From NCBI GenBank assembly GCA_964016885.1, contig OZ024741.1:354020001-354084000 (forward strand): DNA of 64,000 nucleotides, in the 5' to 3' direction. The DNA is from Eledone cirrhosa. Taxonomy: Eukaryota. The first letter of the stretch is position 1. Each line of letters begins with the position of its first letter. The notes below the pieces were generated by a model. The model was not told the origin of the DNA. It saw nothing but the letters and a program-made list of their open reading frames with translations, and made no database searches. Of the stretch, positions 39,112 to 52,845 are shown piece by piece. The translations under genes were made by a program, and so were the position numbers.

Positions 39112-40274
39112 TCTATATATTACTAAATCTCTGCGATTGCTTGCTTGCTTGCTTGTCGGTAATGTAATACACCCAAAAGGGCGCATAATGAGGAAATATT
39201 TTGAAAGGAAGTTGACCCTGAAATGGGAATACAAATGGAATAAAACAAGTTTCGCATAAATCGGAGCACGGGTCCCGAGATATGGGGTTTTCCGGGTACC
39301 TTCATAAACAGAGAGGGGGGAGAGGGGGTAGTTGTGACAGAGTAGATTGAAAGAGAGACATAGAAAGAGGGAGAGGAGACAGAGAAGGAGAATAGAAGAG
39401 AGGGGGCTGTTGGTGTTATTGTGTATATATATATCTATCTATGTGTGTATAAGTGTGTATATGTGTGTGTGTGTCTATGACCAGTGTATATAGATAACAG
39501 ACACCCATACATATATATACACGCACATTTATATATATATATACACACACGTTTATATATGGGCCTTCCAGTTTCATTTCACATTACATACACTAGCAGA
39601 AAAACCACCCTTCGGGTGGTTTTCTGCTGGCATGTGTAGTGTGCATATTGATATTATACGCAAGTATATATGCATGTAGATACGATACATCAAATAAAAT
39701 CGTAATTGACAATATCCACAGAAATTGAACGAAGACTGCGTTACATTGTCTTATGTCATCAGTAACGTAATCCATGATTAAAAAAAGACGATATTATATA
39801 TAAACTGCATTAGGAGAAAATTAGTGACGGAAATATATGAATTTTTATTTATGCGATCGCTAACCGGAAGTGTTGACATTTGAAAATTAGAAAGAAGTGA
39901 ATCTTAAAATAAGCCACAAAATTATTCATATTTAATCAAAAATAACGAAATTTAGTAGATAAATTATGTAATATTCATTCATTATTTATGCCTTTCATCC
40001 TTACGGGGTCGATAAAATAAGGTACCAGTAATGTACTGGATAATTGCTGGTCTTGTGCCTAAAGTAAAAACAATTATTTATTCAACCTAATCCAACTTAT
40101 TCTACAAACGGGATAAAAAAAATATATTCTGGACACAATCCCGCACTCCTTACTTTATTATAGTTTAGATGTCTGTGTATATTTTAATTATTTAAAAATT
40201 ATTTCTAAGTGAACATGATTTTTTTTTTTTATATTTTGAAGTGAACGTGACCCAACGAGTCAGGAGTGGTCTAG
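39112..40274 (+). mobile_element. Non-autonomous Helitron-like element carrying a nested insertion
   Basis: A|TCTATATAT 5' end, subterminal hairpin TGACCCAACGAGTCA and CTAG|T 3' end. Homologous to 55575-57216. Confidence 0.75.
39593..40169 (-). mobile_element. Second non-autonomous Helitron nested in the first
   Basis: Minus strand reads TC...CTAG with hairpin AAAACCACCCTTCGGGTGGTTTT. It is inserted between A39592 and T40170 with no TSD, and the host sequence resumes as in the 55985 copy. Confidence 0.78.
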
Positions 40275-40394
40275 TTATACCTAAAAATACGACAGGATTG
40301 TTATGACTGGATTATAGGTCAGCTCGATCTTGAATAACCTGTGGCTAAATAATGATGTCTAATTCAGGCAAAAGGCCATCCTTATACGGAGAGG

Positions 40395-40800
40395 TAAAAC
40401 TGAATTATATTGACCCCATTACTTTACTGGTACTTTATTTCATTGACCTCGAAAGGATGAAAGGCAAGGTTGACATTGGCGGGATTTGAACTTAGAACGT
40501 AAAAGGCAGTAACTAAATGCCACGAGACATTTTGTCTGACTATCATAATGATTCTGCTAATCCATCAGCCTAGATAATGGTTTCTACTTTAGGCACACGG
40601 CCAGCAATTTGGGGCGGCTGGTGGGGCAGTCGATTAAATCGACCTATCCCCTGTGCATTACTGGTACTTTATTTTATCGACAGCGTGAAGATGAAAGGTA
40701 AAGTTAACCTCGGCGGGATTTGAACTCAGAATGGCAAGGGCCGTAACTCTGTGCTGCAAAGCATGGTATCTGACGCTCTACCGATACTGCCAAACCACCA
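40395..40800 (-). mobile_element. Two tandem SINE copies
   Basis: Family core and B box on the minus strand. Confidence 0.8.
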
Positions 40801-41935
40801 CCCTAAATAATAATAACTACAGAAAATAAGTTTATTATACAGAGTCTAAGAAGCCAAATAGATGACCAATCTCGCAGTGTTTCATGGTGTTTGGGAAGGA
40901 CGCTTCTTAGTAGATGGCTTTACCATGATTGATTGACAACTTATTCATTGAGAACCATAACGATTTCTTTCCTATCTTCTTTGTACAGCTCATTCCTAAA
41001 CCTTGTCTTTGTGATTATTGAAGACGTTTATAATTGAATATTCCCTCTATTTGTGGTGGCGTGGTACAGGGTTAAGTTAGTCGATTAGATTGAAAAATAA
41101 GTTATCTTAGAGAAATTGTTAACTTAGTCCTTAATCTAATCAATTCATTTATTGCTTATTTACAAAGTGATTCTTTTTATCTTTGTTTCTTTATTGTTGT
41201 TTTGTTGTTGTTGTTGTTGGTGGTGGTGGTAGTGGTGGTGGTGGTGGTGGTGGTGGTGGTTTTTGTTTAATGTTTTCGCTTGTATTTTTTGTTTTTGTTT
41301 TTTTGTTTGTTAGTTGTTGTTTTTTGCTTTGTTTTGTTTTGTTTTGTTTTTTGCTTGATTTTCCTTTTATTTTGTTTTGTTTTTTTGGTAGGGGTTAGTT
41401 TTTTTGTTGTTTTTTTTCCCGATCATTCGGCAACATTGTCTTAACTCTTACGTTAAACCTTCACCAGTTGTGGAGAGCAAATAGAAAAACATAGCAAACA
41501 GGCATAGCGGAATTAAAATGGTGTATCAGGTTTGTATCATTGATTAAAAAAACCATCTTGTGGCGACAGGATTCCATTTATTCGAGAAAGGAGAGGAGTC
41601 ACACATTTCTTTTTATGTTGTTTTTGGAGGAGTGGGGTGGGGTGTGTGGTATGTTATTTCATCAATATACTACTGATTCCATTGCGGACAAAAAGACTCT
41701 GTAAAAATATTATTCGTTCGTATTAAATTTATAAGAGGAGATAGGTTGTATTCGTCTAAATACCGCATGTAGCCGCAGAATAGAAAATAAAACAATACCG
41801 AAAAGGTTTAGCAATGCCATTGTTATTATTTTTTTGTTCTTGTTATTGAAATGATGATTTTGATGATGATGGAGAGGATGGGAGGGTAGTGATGATATTT
41901 TGTTACTGTTGTTGTCGTTGTTGTTGCTCTTCTTC

Positions 41936-41988
<53 letters not shown>

Positions 41989-42142
41989 CTTTCTTCTTCT
42001 TTCTTTCTTTCTTCTTTTTTCTTCTTCCTTTTCTTCTTTTTCTTTCTACTTCTTCCTTTTCTTCCCTTTCTTCTTCTTTCTTTCTTTCTTCCTTCTTCTT
42101 TCTCTCTTCCTTTCTTTCTTTATTCTTCTTCTTCTTCTTATA

Positions 42143-42187
<45 letters not shown>

Positions 42188-42854
42188 TATGCTATGCTGA
42201 TGAAATTATAATTATCCTTGGCATAAACTCCATCAAAATGCCATCGAATCCTTAAACCTGTCTTCTGCCTGTTCAGACTGACGTAGTGTTGTTTTTGTCC
42301 TACATATATATATTTTAGTATAATCAAGAAAGTAACGAGAAACAAAAAAAGGGGGGACCACGAGCGTACGTGTGTTTGTGCATGTGTGTCTCTATATGTG
42401 AGTGTGTACATGTGTATCTGCGCATGTGTGTATGTGTACGTGTGCGGGTCTGCGTGGTGTGTGTGTGTGAAAAATAAAGGCAAAATTAGATTTAAGAGTG
42501 GCAAGCTAAAGCAAAGAGAACAAGAAGAAAATAGAATTAGTCATAATGGAGAAATTTGGGGGGATCCATTAGATATAAAATAATTTTGCGCGCATACATA
42601 TACATACACACATACATACTTACCTACATACATACATAAGTGCACGCGCACATACATACACATATAAGTATATACATACATACATACATACATACATACA
42701 TACATACATACATACATACATACATACATACATACATACATACATACATACATACTTACGCATATAAGTACGTACGTACATACATACATACATACATACA
42801 TACATACATACATACATACATACATACATACATACATACATACATACATACATA

Positions 42855-43412
42855 CATGGTGGCTGCCAACTCGTTTTCGAGTACGGCCACTACTTTATAT
42901 CCATGTAGGAGAACCCCTACCGATGCACTGAACGAGTGTGACTTTTTAGTCCAGCCAGCGACTTGAAAACTCTGGTACAAACACTACACCTGTAACAATT
43001 ATTGACACATAGTGCTGGGCCCATGGTACCATGTGACGACAAGTGCAGAGAGATCTCCAGATATAAAGCAATGCCTGTGCCATGAAGCTTTTATAGTGAG
43101 CAAAGGCACTGCACAAAGCCAGTCCCACTCTCTTAACCAAGATGATATTTACCAAAAAGAAGAACAAGTCAACATCATTGGATACCATCAGGGTTGCAGG
43201 TGTTATATCAGAGTTTTCCTTCTCCTAGAATTCTGCCTTGACAAAGGCTAAGGGGTTATCTCTCCCGGTGATTTTGAATGGCCATTTACTCTTAAGAGCT
43301 CCTTTGCCCTTTGACTGGTTTTGTTTTTAGTCCTGCAGGATGTCCAAAGTCACCCTCCTCACCAAGAAACCTTGGTGGGGTTGCCAGTTTAGTCGCCAAC
43401 GACCCGACCATG
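42855..43412 (-). mobile_element. Short RTE-derived non-autonomous element, copy B
   Basis: Matches copy A, with (CATA)n on both sides. Micro-ORF at 42917-43024. Confidence 0.85.
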
Positions 43413-43499
43413 CATGCATACATACATACATACATACATACATACATACATACATACATACATACATACATACATACATACATACATACATACATACAT

Positions 43500-44920
43500 C
43501 TGTAATAAGGAACGCGTAACCAGGGAATACTACACCCGATTAAGAAAGATCTGGTCATCGGAACTCTCTGCGCAAAACAAAACAGTGGCTCACAATGTGT
43601 TTGCTGTTCCTGTCCTAACACCAAATTTTGGAATACTCAATTGGACGATAGACGAAATCCGAGCGATTGATGTTAGAACTCGAAAAATACTAAACAACAC
43701 CGGAAACTTCCACATCAACAGTGACATAGACCGCTTTACTTGAAACGTAAGCAGGGAGGCAGAGGCCTAACATCAGTCCAGACAGCATTTGCATGTAGCA
43801 TCATATCCCTCCGACATCTGCGAACTTCAAAGCGTAGGAGCCCATCTCTCGAGCAAGTCTATCTGCATGAAACAGATAAGATCATGAGAGTTGGGAAGGA
43901 ACTCCTGTGTGATAATGAAAAATTCACACCCAGAGAAGTTTCTCAGCAGTATCGCAGTGAATCCATGGAGGAAAAACTGAATGCTTATCAGCAAAAAATC
44001 ATGTATGGATATGTTGCCAGGAAACTCCAGAGTGAGAGTAATATAGATAAAGAAAGTAGTCTATCTTGGACCAACAACCGCTATATTGGCTCCAACTTTG
44101 AGGGATACGCTTTTGCAATCCAAGAACAGGAAATCAACACGAAATACCTGATTCACAAAAGAGATAGGGATGCAGGCAAAACACCTAGATGTGATAACAA
44201 GTGCAGACTCTGCAGAATTAACATCGATGTCACCCATGCCATAAGCAGCTGTCCAAAGATGTCATCGCGGTACTATCTGCCTATGGGGCATGATGTATTG
44301 GCCAAAACAGTGTACAATGCAATCCGTAGAAAAGATAGCCCCGATAATAAACACATTAAAATCTATAGAAATGTGGAAGATATACATATACATAATATGA
44401 AAGAGTACTGGTGGAATGTTCCAGTAAAAACTCCAATAAAATGCAGGCATAACAGACCAGATATTATGATATGGGACAGGGAAAAGAAGGCATGCACAGT
44501 AGTAGAAGTTAGCTGTCCAGCAGATGCCAATATAATATCAAAGATTAGCGAAAAGGAGAATATTTATGCGGAACTGATAAGAAATCTGCAGATACTCCAC
44601 CCTGATTATACCTTCAGATTTATACCTGTGATTATTGGGGCACTGGTATATGTTAGTAACTGCCTCAATACAAATCTTGAGAAGCTGGGCTTCACAGGAA
44701 CAGAAAGAATACAACTAGTTAGGAAATTACAAGTACAATCCATTAATGGAACAGTAAAAATATGTAAAACATTCCAAATATTTTGCATCTAATAACTGCA
44801 TATACACATGTACAGATACTAAGCATATACACATGCACACATACAACTCAAAACATAGACATCCACACATACAATAACATCCATATCTACACATGCATGC
44901 ATGCAGACATGCATTCATAT
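43500..44920 (+). mobile_element. R4/Dong-like RLE LINE, 5'-truncated, a different family from 9816-11692
   Basis: KRKQGGRGL, AIQEQEI, CRLC-THAISSC, RPDIMI, VEVSCP, IIGAL. ORF ends at 44792; frameshift near 43740. Confidence 0.88.
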
Positions 44921-45229
44921 TACTTGGTTGCAGGTGTTATATCAGAGTTTTCCTTCTCCTAGAATTCTGCCTTGACATACAAACATACATACATACATAC
45001 ATACATACATACATACATACATACATACATACATACATACATACTTGGTCCCGATATCCCAATATTCAAAATATCCAGGAACGGTGGAACTCCATTGATA
45101 AGACTCATTCTATAACTATTCTGGATGTTGATGAGTCCATGGAAGAATTTCACAAGCAGAAGAGGAAGGTGGTGGTTTAATATCTACTGACTGTACTGCG
45201 TTCTGGTGATCATCCACGACAAGACTATG

Positions 45230-45370
45230 CCGAGTTCATTAAACTCTCTCTTCACTATCTTGGAGGTTGGCTATCTCCTTGGTTTTCCTAGGAGCTTACC
45301 ACCAGGTTCGTTGCATGGCTAAGGCCATATATGTAATCAAGATAGTTCTGTTCAAAGAACAACTTAAGCT
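45230..45370 (+). pseudogene. Highly degraded DNA-transposase-like fragment
   Basis: Reads roughly GAYHQVRCMAKAIYVIKIVLF, resembling the PGAxHxARWMAKxIY motif of invertebrate transposase-derived proteins. Confidence 0.35.
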
Positions 45371-45512
45371 TACATCAGTCGAGTGATCTAGAAAAATTCA
45401 TTTTCGGTTATAAATTCCATTCATAAAGTGTTTCTTTCTTTAAATCGGAAGTTATAGTATTTAGAAGGTCTTTTTTCTACTTATTTTCATTTCATTTGTC
45501 TACTTATTATAA

Positions 45513-46180
45513 TGGTGGATTGGCAGTATCGGCAGAAGGTCGGAGTTACGGCCTTTTATGATCTGAGTTCAAATCCCGCTGAGGTTAACTTTGTCTTTCA
45601 TCCTTACGGGGTCGATAAAATAAAGTACCAGTAAAACACTGGGATAATTGCTGGCCTTGTGCCAAAAGTAGAAATAATTATAATTTCAACAAGGTCCACA
45701 GAGGACAACAGGAGCTGTTTCTGGTAATAAATTTCATCCATAAAAAGTGATTCTCTATTTAATCCCAATATTATTGTGTATTTAGAACATATTCTTCCTG
45801 TTTATTTTCATCCCATTTCGTTCTCTCGTGTGGTTTCCTCATTGGTTTCAGGCCAGGTCCTAAAGAATAGTCATATACAAAAAGATGTGATGTGCAACCA
45901 CTAGATATTATTTGATTGACTTTTAATTCAATATATTTCCTTATTTCATCAATTCAGAGCGGTGGATTGGCAGTAGCGTTAGAGTGTCGGACGCCATGAT
46001 TTGCAACATGGAGTTACGGCCCTTTACGGTCTGAGTTCAAATCCTGCCGAGGGTAACTTTGCCTTTCATCCTTACGGGGTCGATAAGAGGAAGCACGAGT
46101 TACGCACTGGGGTCGATTTAATCGACTTTCCCCTCCCACAAAATTGCTGGCCTTGTGCCTATATAAGAAACCATTATTTC
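45513..46180 (+). repeat. SINE-unique-SINE block, inverted copy of about 36045-36700
   Basis: About 260 bp of non-SINE sequence at 45680-45937 is the reverse complement of 36249-36510. Confidence 0.85.
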
Positions 46181-46248
46181 ATCAATTCAAATATGGCCTT
46201 AACCAGCATGAGATGATTGACGAATAGTTTGCAAAATGGAACATCCTA

Positions 46249-46297
<49 letters not shown>

Positions 46298-46565
46298 CAA
46301 GGTTTAGCAAATAAGAAAAAGTTTCAAAATAAATTTCAAAAAATTCACTGTACTCACTATGGTTACCTTTACCGAATCGGTTTCGAGTCAGAAGGTTCTT
46401 TTCACTCGGAGAATATAAAATTCCCGAGTTCAAATTACGAACTGGCGCTATTCAAAATTGTTCCCGAGATGAGAATGAATGATGTGGAAGCAATTCTGTC
46501 CAGTGCCGTGTGTAAAGATAGAAGCAGAGATATATGTATGTATGTATGTATGTATGTATATATAT

Positions 46566-46977
46566 GGGAGAGATGACCCCTTAGCCTTTGTCAAGGCAGA
46601 ATTATAGGAGAAGGAAAACTCTGATATAACACCTGCAACCCTGATGGTATCCAATGATGTTGACTTGTTCTTCTTTTTGGTAAATATCATCTTGGTTAAG
46701 AGAGTGGGACTGGCTTTGTGCAGTGCCTTTGCTCACTATAAAAGCTTCACGGCACAGGCATTGCTTTATATCTGGAGATCCCTCAGCACTTGTCGTCACA
46801 TGGTACCATGGGCCCAGCACTATGTGTCAATAATTGTCACAGGTGCAGTGTTTGTACCAGAGTTTTCAAGTCGCTGGCTGGACTAAAAAGTCACACTCGT
46901 TCAGCGCATCGGTAGGGGTTCTCCTACATGGATATAAAGTAGTGGCCGTACTCGAAAACGAGTTGGCAACCACCATG
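46566..46977 (+). mobile_element. Short RTE-derived non-autonomous element, copy C (5'-truncated)
   Basis: Matches the family; micro-ORF at 46808-46915. Confidence 0.85.
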
Positions 46978-47129
46978 TATATATATATATATATGTATAT
47001 ACATATTACCTAATATCACGGAAGGCGGCAAGGTCGACACCACCTTCTTCTGCCTTCATCCTCTTCTAATCTACCCTCTCCAACACTGCTAAAACATATA
47101 ACATCTTCACTGACAAAATTCAGGGCTCC

Positions 47130-48470
47130 AAACCCAGAAAACGGAGCAATCCTTAACATTGCGCAGCTCGTTCAAAACCCACGTGCTATCCACGGAGCCT
47201 TCCTTGGGGATGGTGTTGATATCCAACTGGCCTACTCGAGACCCTCCCTGCAGAGGTGCCTATCCACGAAACAGCCCTACAACGAGGAAAACATGTGTTC
47301 TCTGAACAATTGTCCCAATCACAGCACAGGCTACTGCCTACGTGTGCACGTGATTTACCAAATAGAGTGTAATAAGTACAATTGCTATATCGGCAGCACG
47401 ATACAACCCCTACACATCGAAATTAAAGAACACTTTACCATAAACTTCTCGTCGTCCCATAAACATATTCTTAGATGCAATAACAAGGACAAGAGACTAA
47501 CCACAACCATACTGGCGACTGAACGAATCATAGGCACTCTACGGATTAGGGAAGCCTTCCTGATAAAACAGCTAAATCCGTCCATTAGTAACAGCCAAGA
47601 ATAAAGTGAGATCCAAAGACTAATTTAGTTCAATCATTTAAACCCAAAAGTAAGCAAACCAAAGATAAGCAAACCAAAACAAAAAAATGAACAAACCATA
47701 CAACACCACCACCACCACCTCAATAGAACAAATGTACCAAATAAACAAATAAATAAACAAACAACAGAACTCGACCTCTATTAGGAACAGTCAGTCGACT
47801 ATCACATCGTTAATTGCCAACTAGCAGACAACCACCATGTGCCGCACTGTTTACTACTATCTGCTCTACGATGCTAAAAACCTTATATCATAATTCTCTG
47901 TATTCACAATGTTCGTCACAAATATGAAAATACACTTTTGACAGATGCAATGTGTCCGAACACGGAGGAGCCGAACTCCCACCGTCATCGCCCTCATCTC
48001 TCTCGCCCTCCCCATCTCTCTGTATAGTGAGCAAATGGGGTCCCACGTGATGGCTGTCCCACAGCCTCGGCGGACAGAATGGAGAAGGCTTTTCCCCGGA
48101 GGAGGTTAAGGGAGATGCGCTGGAAGAGCCTACCGGATACGATACCACCACTCTCACAGAACAGACATTACTATTTACCTACTGATGCCACCGTAACCAG
48201 AATAGACCCGAAAGAATCCTGCACATATTAAGTGCACACACGGAACCATGTCAACTTCTACACAAACCACACAGAAATCTAAAAAGGTACTCACCGCTAC
48301 ATTCCGAGGTTCCAAACGGATCTCTTGAAATGGATATGGTATTCTAAATATATCAGGATTTAAAATCACTGGTTTCTCGTTTCTCATAGTTTTTCTTCCC
48401 TTTTTTCACTCAATATTTACAACGCACGTCTACACTGTAGCGACTTCCCATACATACCCATTTATATATA
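47130..48470 (+). mobile_element. Degenerate Penelope-like remnant (GIY-YIG end plus probable 3' region)
   Basis: DIQLAYSRPSL, VIYQIECNK-CYIGSTIQPLHIEIKEH and LRIREAFLI, homologous to the 62345-63332 element. The 3' extent is inferred. Confidence 0.7.
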
Positions 48471-49370
<900 letters not shown>

Positions 49371-49388
49371 GCATGTATGTATATATAT

Positions 49389-49999
49389 GTCAGGTCACCA
49401 GTTGGTGCTACTGGTAACATGTATTCCAGTACAACCTGTCCCATGGTCGTGTTGTTGGCGACTAAACTGGCAACCCCACCAAGGTTTCTTGGTGAGGAGG
49501 GTGACTTTGGACATCCTGCAGGACTAAAAACAAAACCTGTCAAAGGGCAAAGGAGCTCTTAAGAGTCAATGGCCATCCAAAATCACTGGTAGAGATGACC
49601 CCTTAGCCTTTGTCAAGGCAGAATTCTAGGAGAAGGAAAACGCTGATATAACACCTGCAACCCTGATGGTATCCAATGATGTTGACTTGTTCTTCTTTTT
49701 GGTAAATATCATCTTGGTTAAGAGAGTGGGACTGGCTTTGTGCAGTGCCTTTGCTCACTATAAAAGCTTCACGGCACAGGCATTGCTTTATATCTGGAGA
49801 TCTCTCTGCACTTGTCGTCACATGGTACCATGGGCCCAGCACTATGTGTCAATAATTGTCACAAGTGTCGTGTTTGTACCAGAGTTTTCAAATCGCTGGC
49901 TGGACTAAAAAGCCACACTCGTTCAGCGCATCGGTAAGGGTTCTCCTACATGGATATAAAGTAGTGGCCGTACTCGAAAACGAGTTGGCAGCCACCATG
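49389..49999 (+). mobile_element. Short RTE-derived non-autonomous element, copy D (longest, about 610 bp)
   Basis: Same 5' start GTCAGGTCACC as copy E; micro-ORF at 49830-49937. Confidence 0.85.
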
Positions 50000-50027
50000 T
50001 ATATATATATAGAGAGAGAGAGAGAGA

Positions 50028-50168
<141 letters not shown>

Positions 50169-51994
50169 TAAACGCGTCTATGTTTGTGTACATCTATATA
50201 CGCATATGTGTGTGCATAGTTCATATATATATATTTATTTATATCTATCTATATATATATATATATACCTGACTGAATATATTACACAAAGTATTGGAAT
50301 TTGTAGAAGAATGTCAATTATGTTGTAAATATCGTATTGTACAAATGAAAAACATGTCCTCATCAAGTAGTCTGCCTACTTAATCAAAAGAGACGATACT
50401 TAAAATTGCTGGAGAACAAAACAGATTGAAACTATGAATAGTTGTTTTGTACATTTAATAGATTTTTACGCACCATCAGTGGTTGGTTGTTGGATAATGC
50501 GTCTTGGATATTTATTGCCAAATGTTTCTATGGTGAGTAAAACAGTGTTTTCTGTAGAGCATTGTACAATCTGGATATTTTCTTTCGGACTTTACTAACT
50601 GTTAATTATAAGTTGATGGTTGTTATTATTATTACTATAGTGGCAATCAATTACTGGAGTCGATTTAATCGACTTTCCCCTTCCCCTCAAATTGCTGGCC
50701 TTGTGCCTAAAGTTGAAATCAATACTATTGTTGCTTCTGTTGTTATTGTTTCTTATTGTGTAGTTCATCAGCAGACCTATATGATAAAGGTAGTCTGTCC
50801 AAGAGAGAAAGGGGAATCCTTAATTCCTGATGGAGTTAAAGGGGTGCCGTCTTGACACACGTGTCATGGGCAGTTAAAACCTGATAGAATCGATCCCTCC
50901 CCAGGCCGGAACGCAGCCGATTGCTTCTGGGGCAGAAAGAGAAAGAATCAACCCCAGTACTGGACTGGTACATTAGTTATCGACCTTGAAAAGATGACAG
51001 ACAAAGTTAACCTCGGCGAGATTTGAACAATGAATTCAATGAGCCGGACCAAATACCGAGGTATTTTTAATCTGACTCTAATGACTCTACCAATTCACCA
51101 GACTAATACCTCTGATATGCACCACAATTGTGCTAAGAAAACTCATAGTTTTAAGTATTGTTTATTTCAAACATCTACAAAGAATATCCTGTAGCTAAAG
51201 ACGTTACAGTACACAATCACACTGGCAGAAGCCGTTTTCATTTAATGTCCCTAATTGCTTTGGAAATGATATAAACAACACAATATTAGTGAAGAGAAAC
51301 GGGTATTTGTGTTGTTTACATCATTTCGAAAGCCATTAGGGACAACCCAGACTGGGAGTACCATGAAAAAAGGGCCCCAAAACGGGGAGAAATGAGGCAA
51401 AATAGCGAGATTTTACATAATGAAAGCTATACCAATTTCCACAAGAGAAGACATCTCTCACTCACAGCCAAGTGGGTGGGAAATCTCCTCGTCGGACGGG
51501 GAGAGTCGGCAGGTCTGCATACCATACTTTAAAGAAACCAATAAGAGTTCTCGTTGTTAAAGTACTCAATATATTATTTTTCTCTATAATGGTATCATTC
51601 AAATGTTTTTTTAATCTTGAATATGTCTATCATATGTAAAAATATAAAATATGTTCTATTTTACTAAGAAAATGGAGTATATATGATGAGTGTGTATATG
51701 TATCTATCTCTGCGAGTCTAAGTGTGTCTGTATCTCTGTTTGATATAAATAAAACATTGAATAATCATATATCATACACTTATATATCATAAATCAGATT
51801 TAGATAAAAAGTTATATTAATATATAAATATTAATATAACTTTTAATCTAAATCTGATGGGTAAGGTTTTTTATATGCGAAATTTTTTTTAAAAATAACA
51901 ACAATAAAATTTATTCCAATTAAAAAATTATGTAAATATTATATAGTCTGATTAATTGTTATTGTAACTGTTTTCAAGTTAAATTTATAGAGGA

Positions 51995-52845
51995 CTAGCA
52001 GTGGTACCCGGCGTTGCACGGGGTAAGGTATTTTGGAACGCGGGCCGCCAATAGACCTAAAAACTGCATGCCTGGACAATATGTAAAGAAAATAAACCGA
52101 ATACTCTGATGGCTGGATAATCTTTAAGATTTTCCTCGATGAAGCAGGAAAAATGCAGGTTTTCACCTAATGCGGGCCCTAGGGATCAAAAAAATGAATT
52201 TTTTTTTATGTGCATAATATACCTTGAAATTTCGGGAAAATCAGCTAGACGTAAAGCCTCCAAAAAGCCCAAAGAAGCTGAAAAAATTGAGTTTTTCACC
52301 TAATGCGGGCCCTAGGCCATAAGAAAGTTGGATTTTCTTTGCTTACGGTCTGGAAATCGGTCTGACGTAACACCTCAAAAAAAACCTAAAATTGTTAAAC
52401 TACGCAGTTTTTCACCTAATGTGAGCCCTAGGAGGTAAAAAAAAAGTTGAATTTTATGTGCATAACACTCCCTGAAACATAAGTAATACACATGTAAAGT
52501 TTGAAAAAAATCGCTTGGGTACTTCTCGAGTTTTAGGGATTCAAACTCACACACACACACAGACATCCTCAGGGAAGTGACGTAATGCATACAGACAGAT
52601 ATTATAAGGGCGCGGCGTTATATGTATGTATCTATCTAAAAAGAGAAAGACTAAGAATTATAGAGCGAGATCGCTAAATCGCCTAATGTGGTCCCTGGGG
52701 CATTGAAAATTTGGCTCAGAATACTCCCTGAAACATAAGTATTACATGTGTAAAGTTTGAAAACAGTCGGTTTGGAGGTTCTTGAGTTTTAGGGATTAGA
52801 ACTCACACACACACAGACAAACATCCTCAGTTTTATATATATAGA
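51995..52845 (-). mobile_element. Non-autonomous Helitron
   Basis: Minus strand A|TCTATATATATAAAAC ... CCCGTGCAACGCCGGGTACCACTGCTAG|T, with internal repeats TTTTCACCTAATG.G.GCCCTAGG x3. Confidence 0.82.

Noticed and set aside
46372-46410. Hammerhead-like motif on the minus strand (CCGA-GTGAAAA...GAAACCGATTCGG)
   Set aside because: Core and stem II are too degenerate to call without a family consensus.
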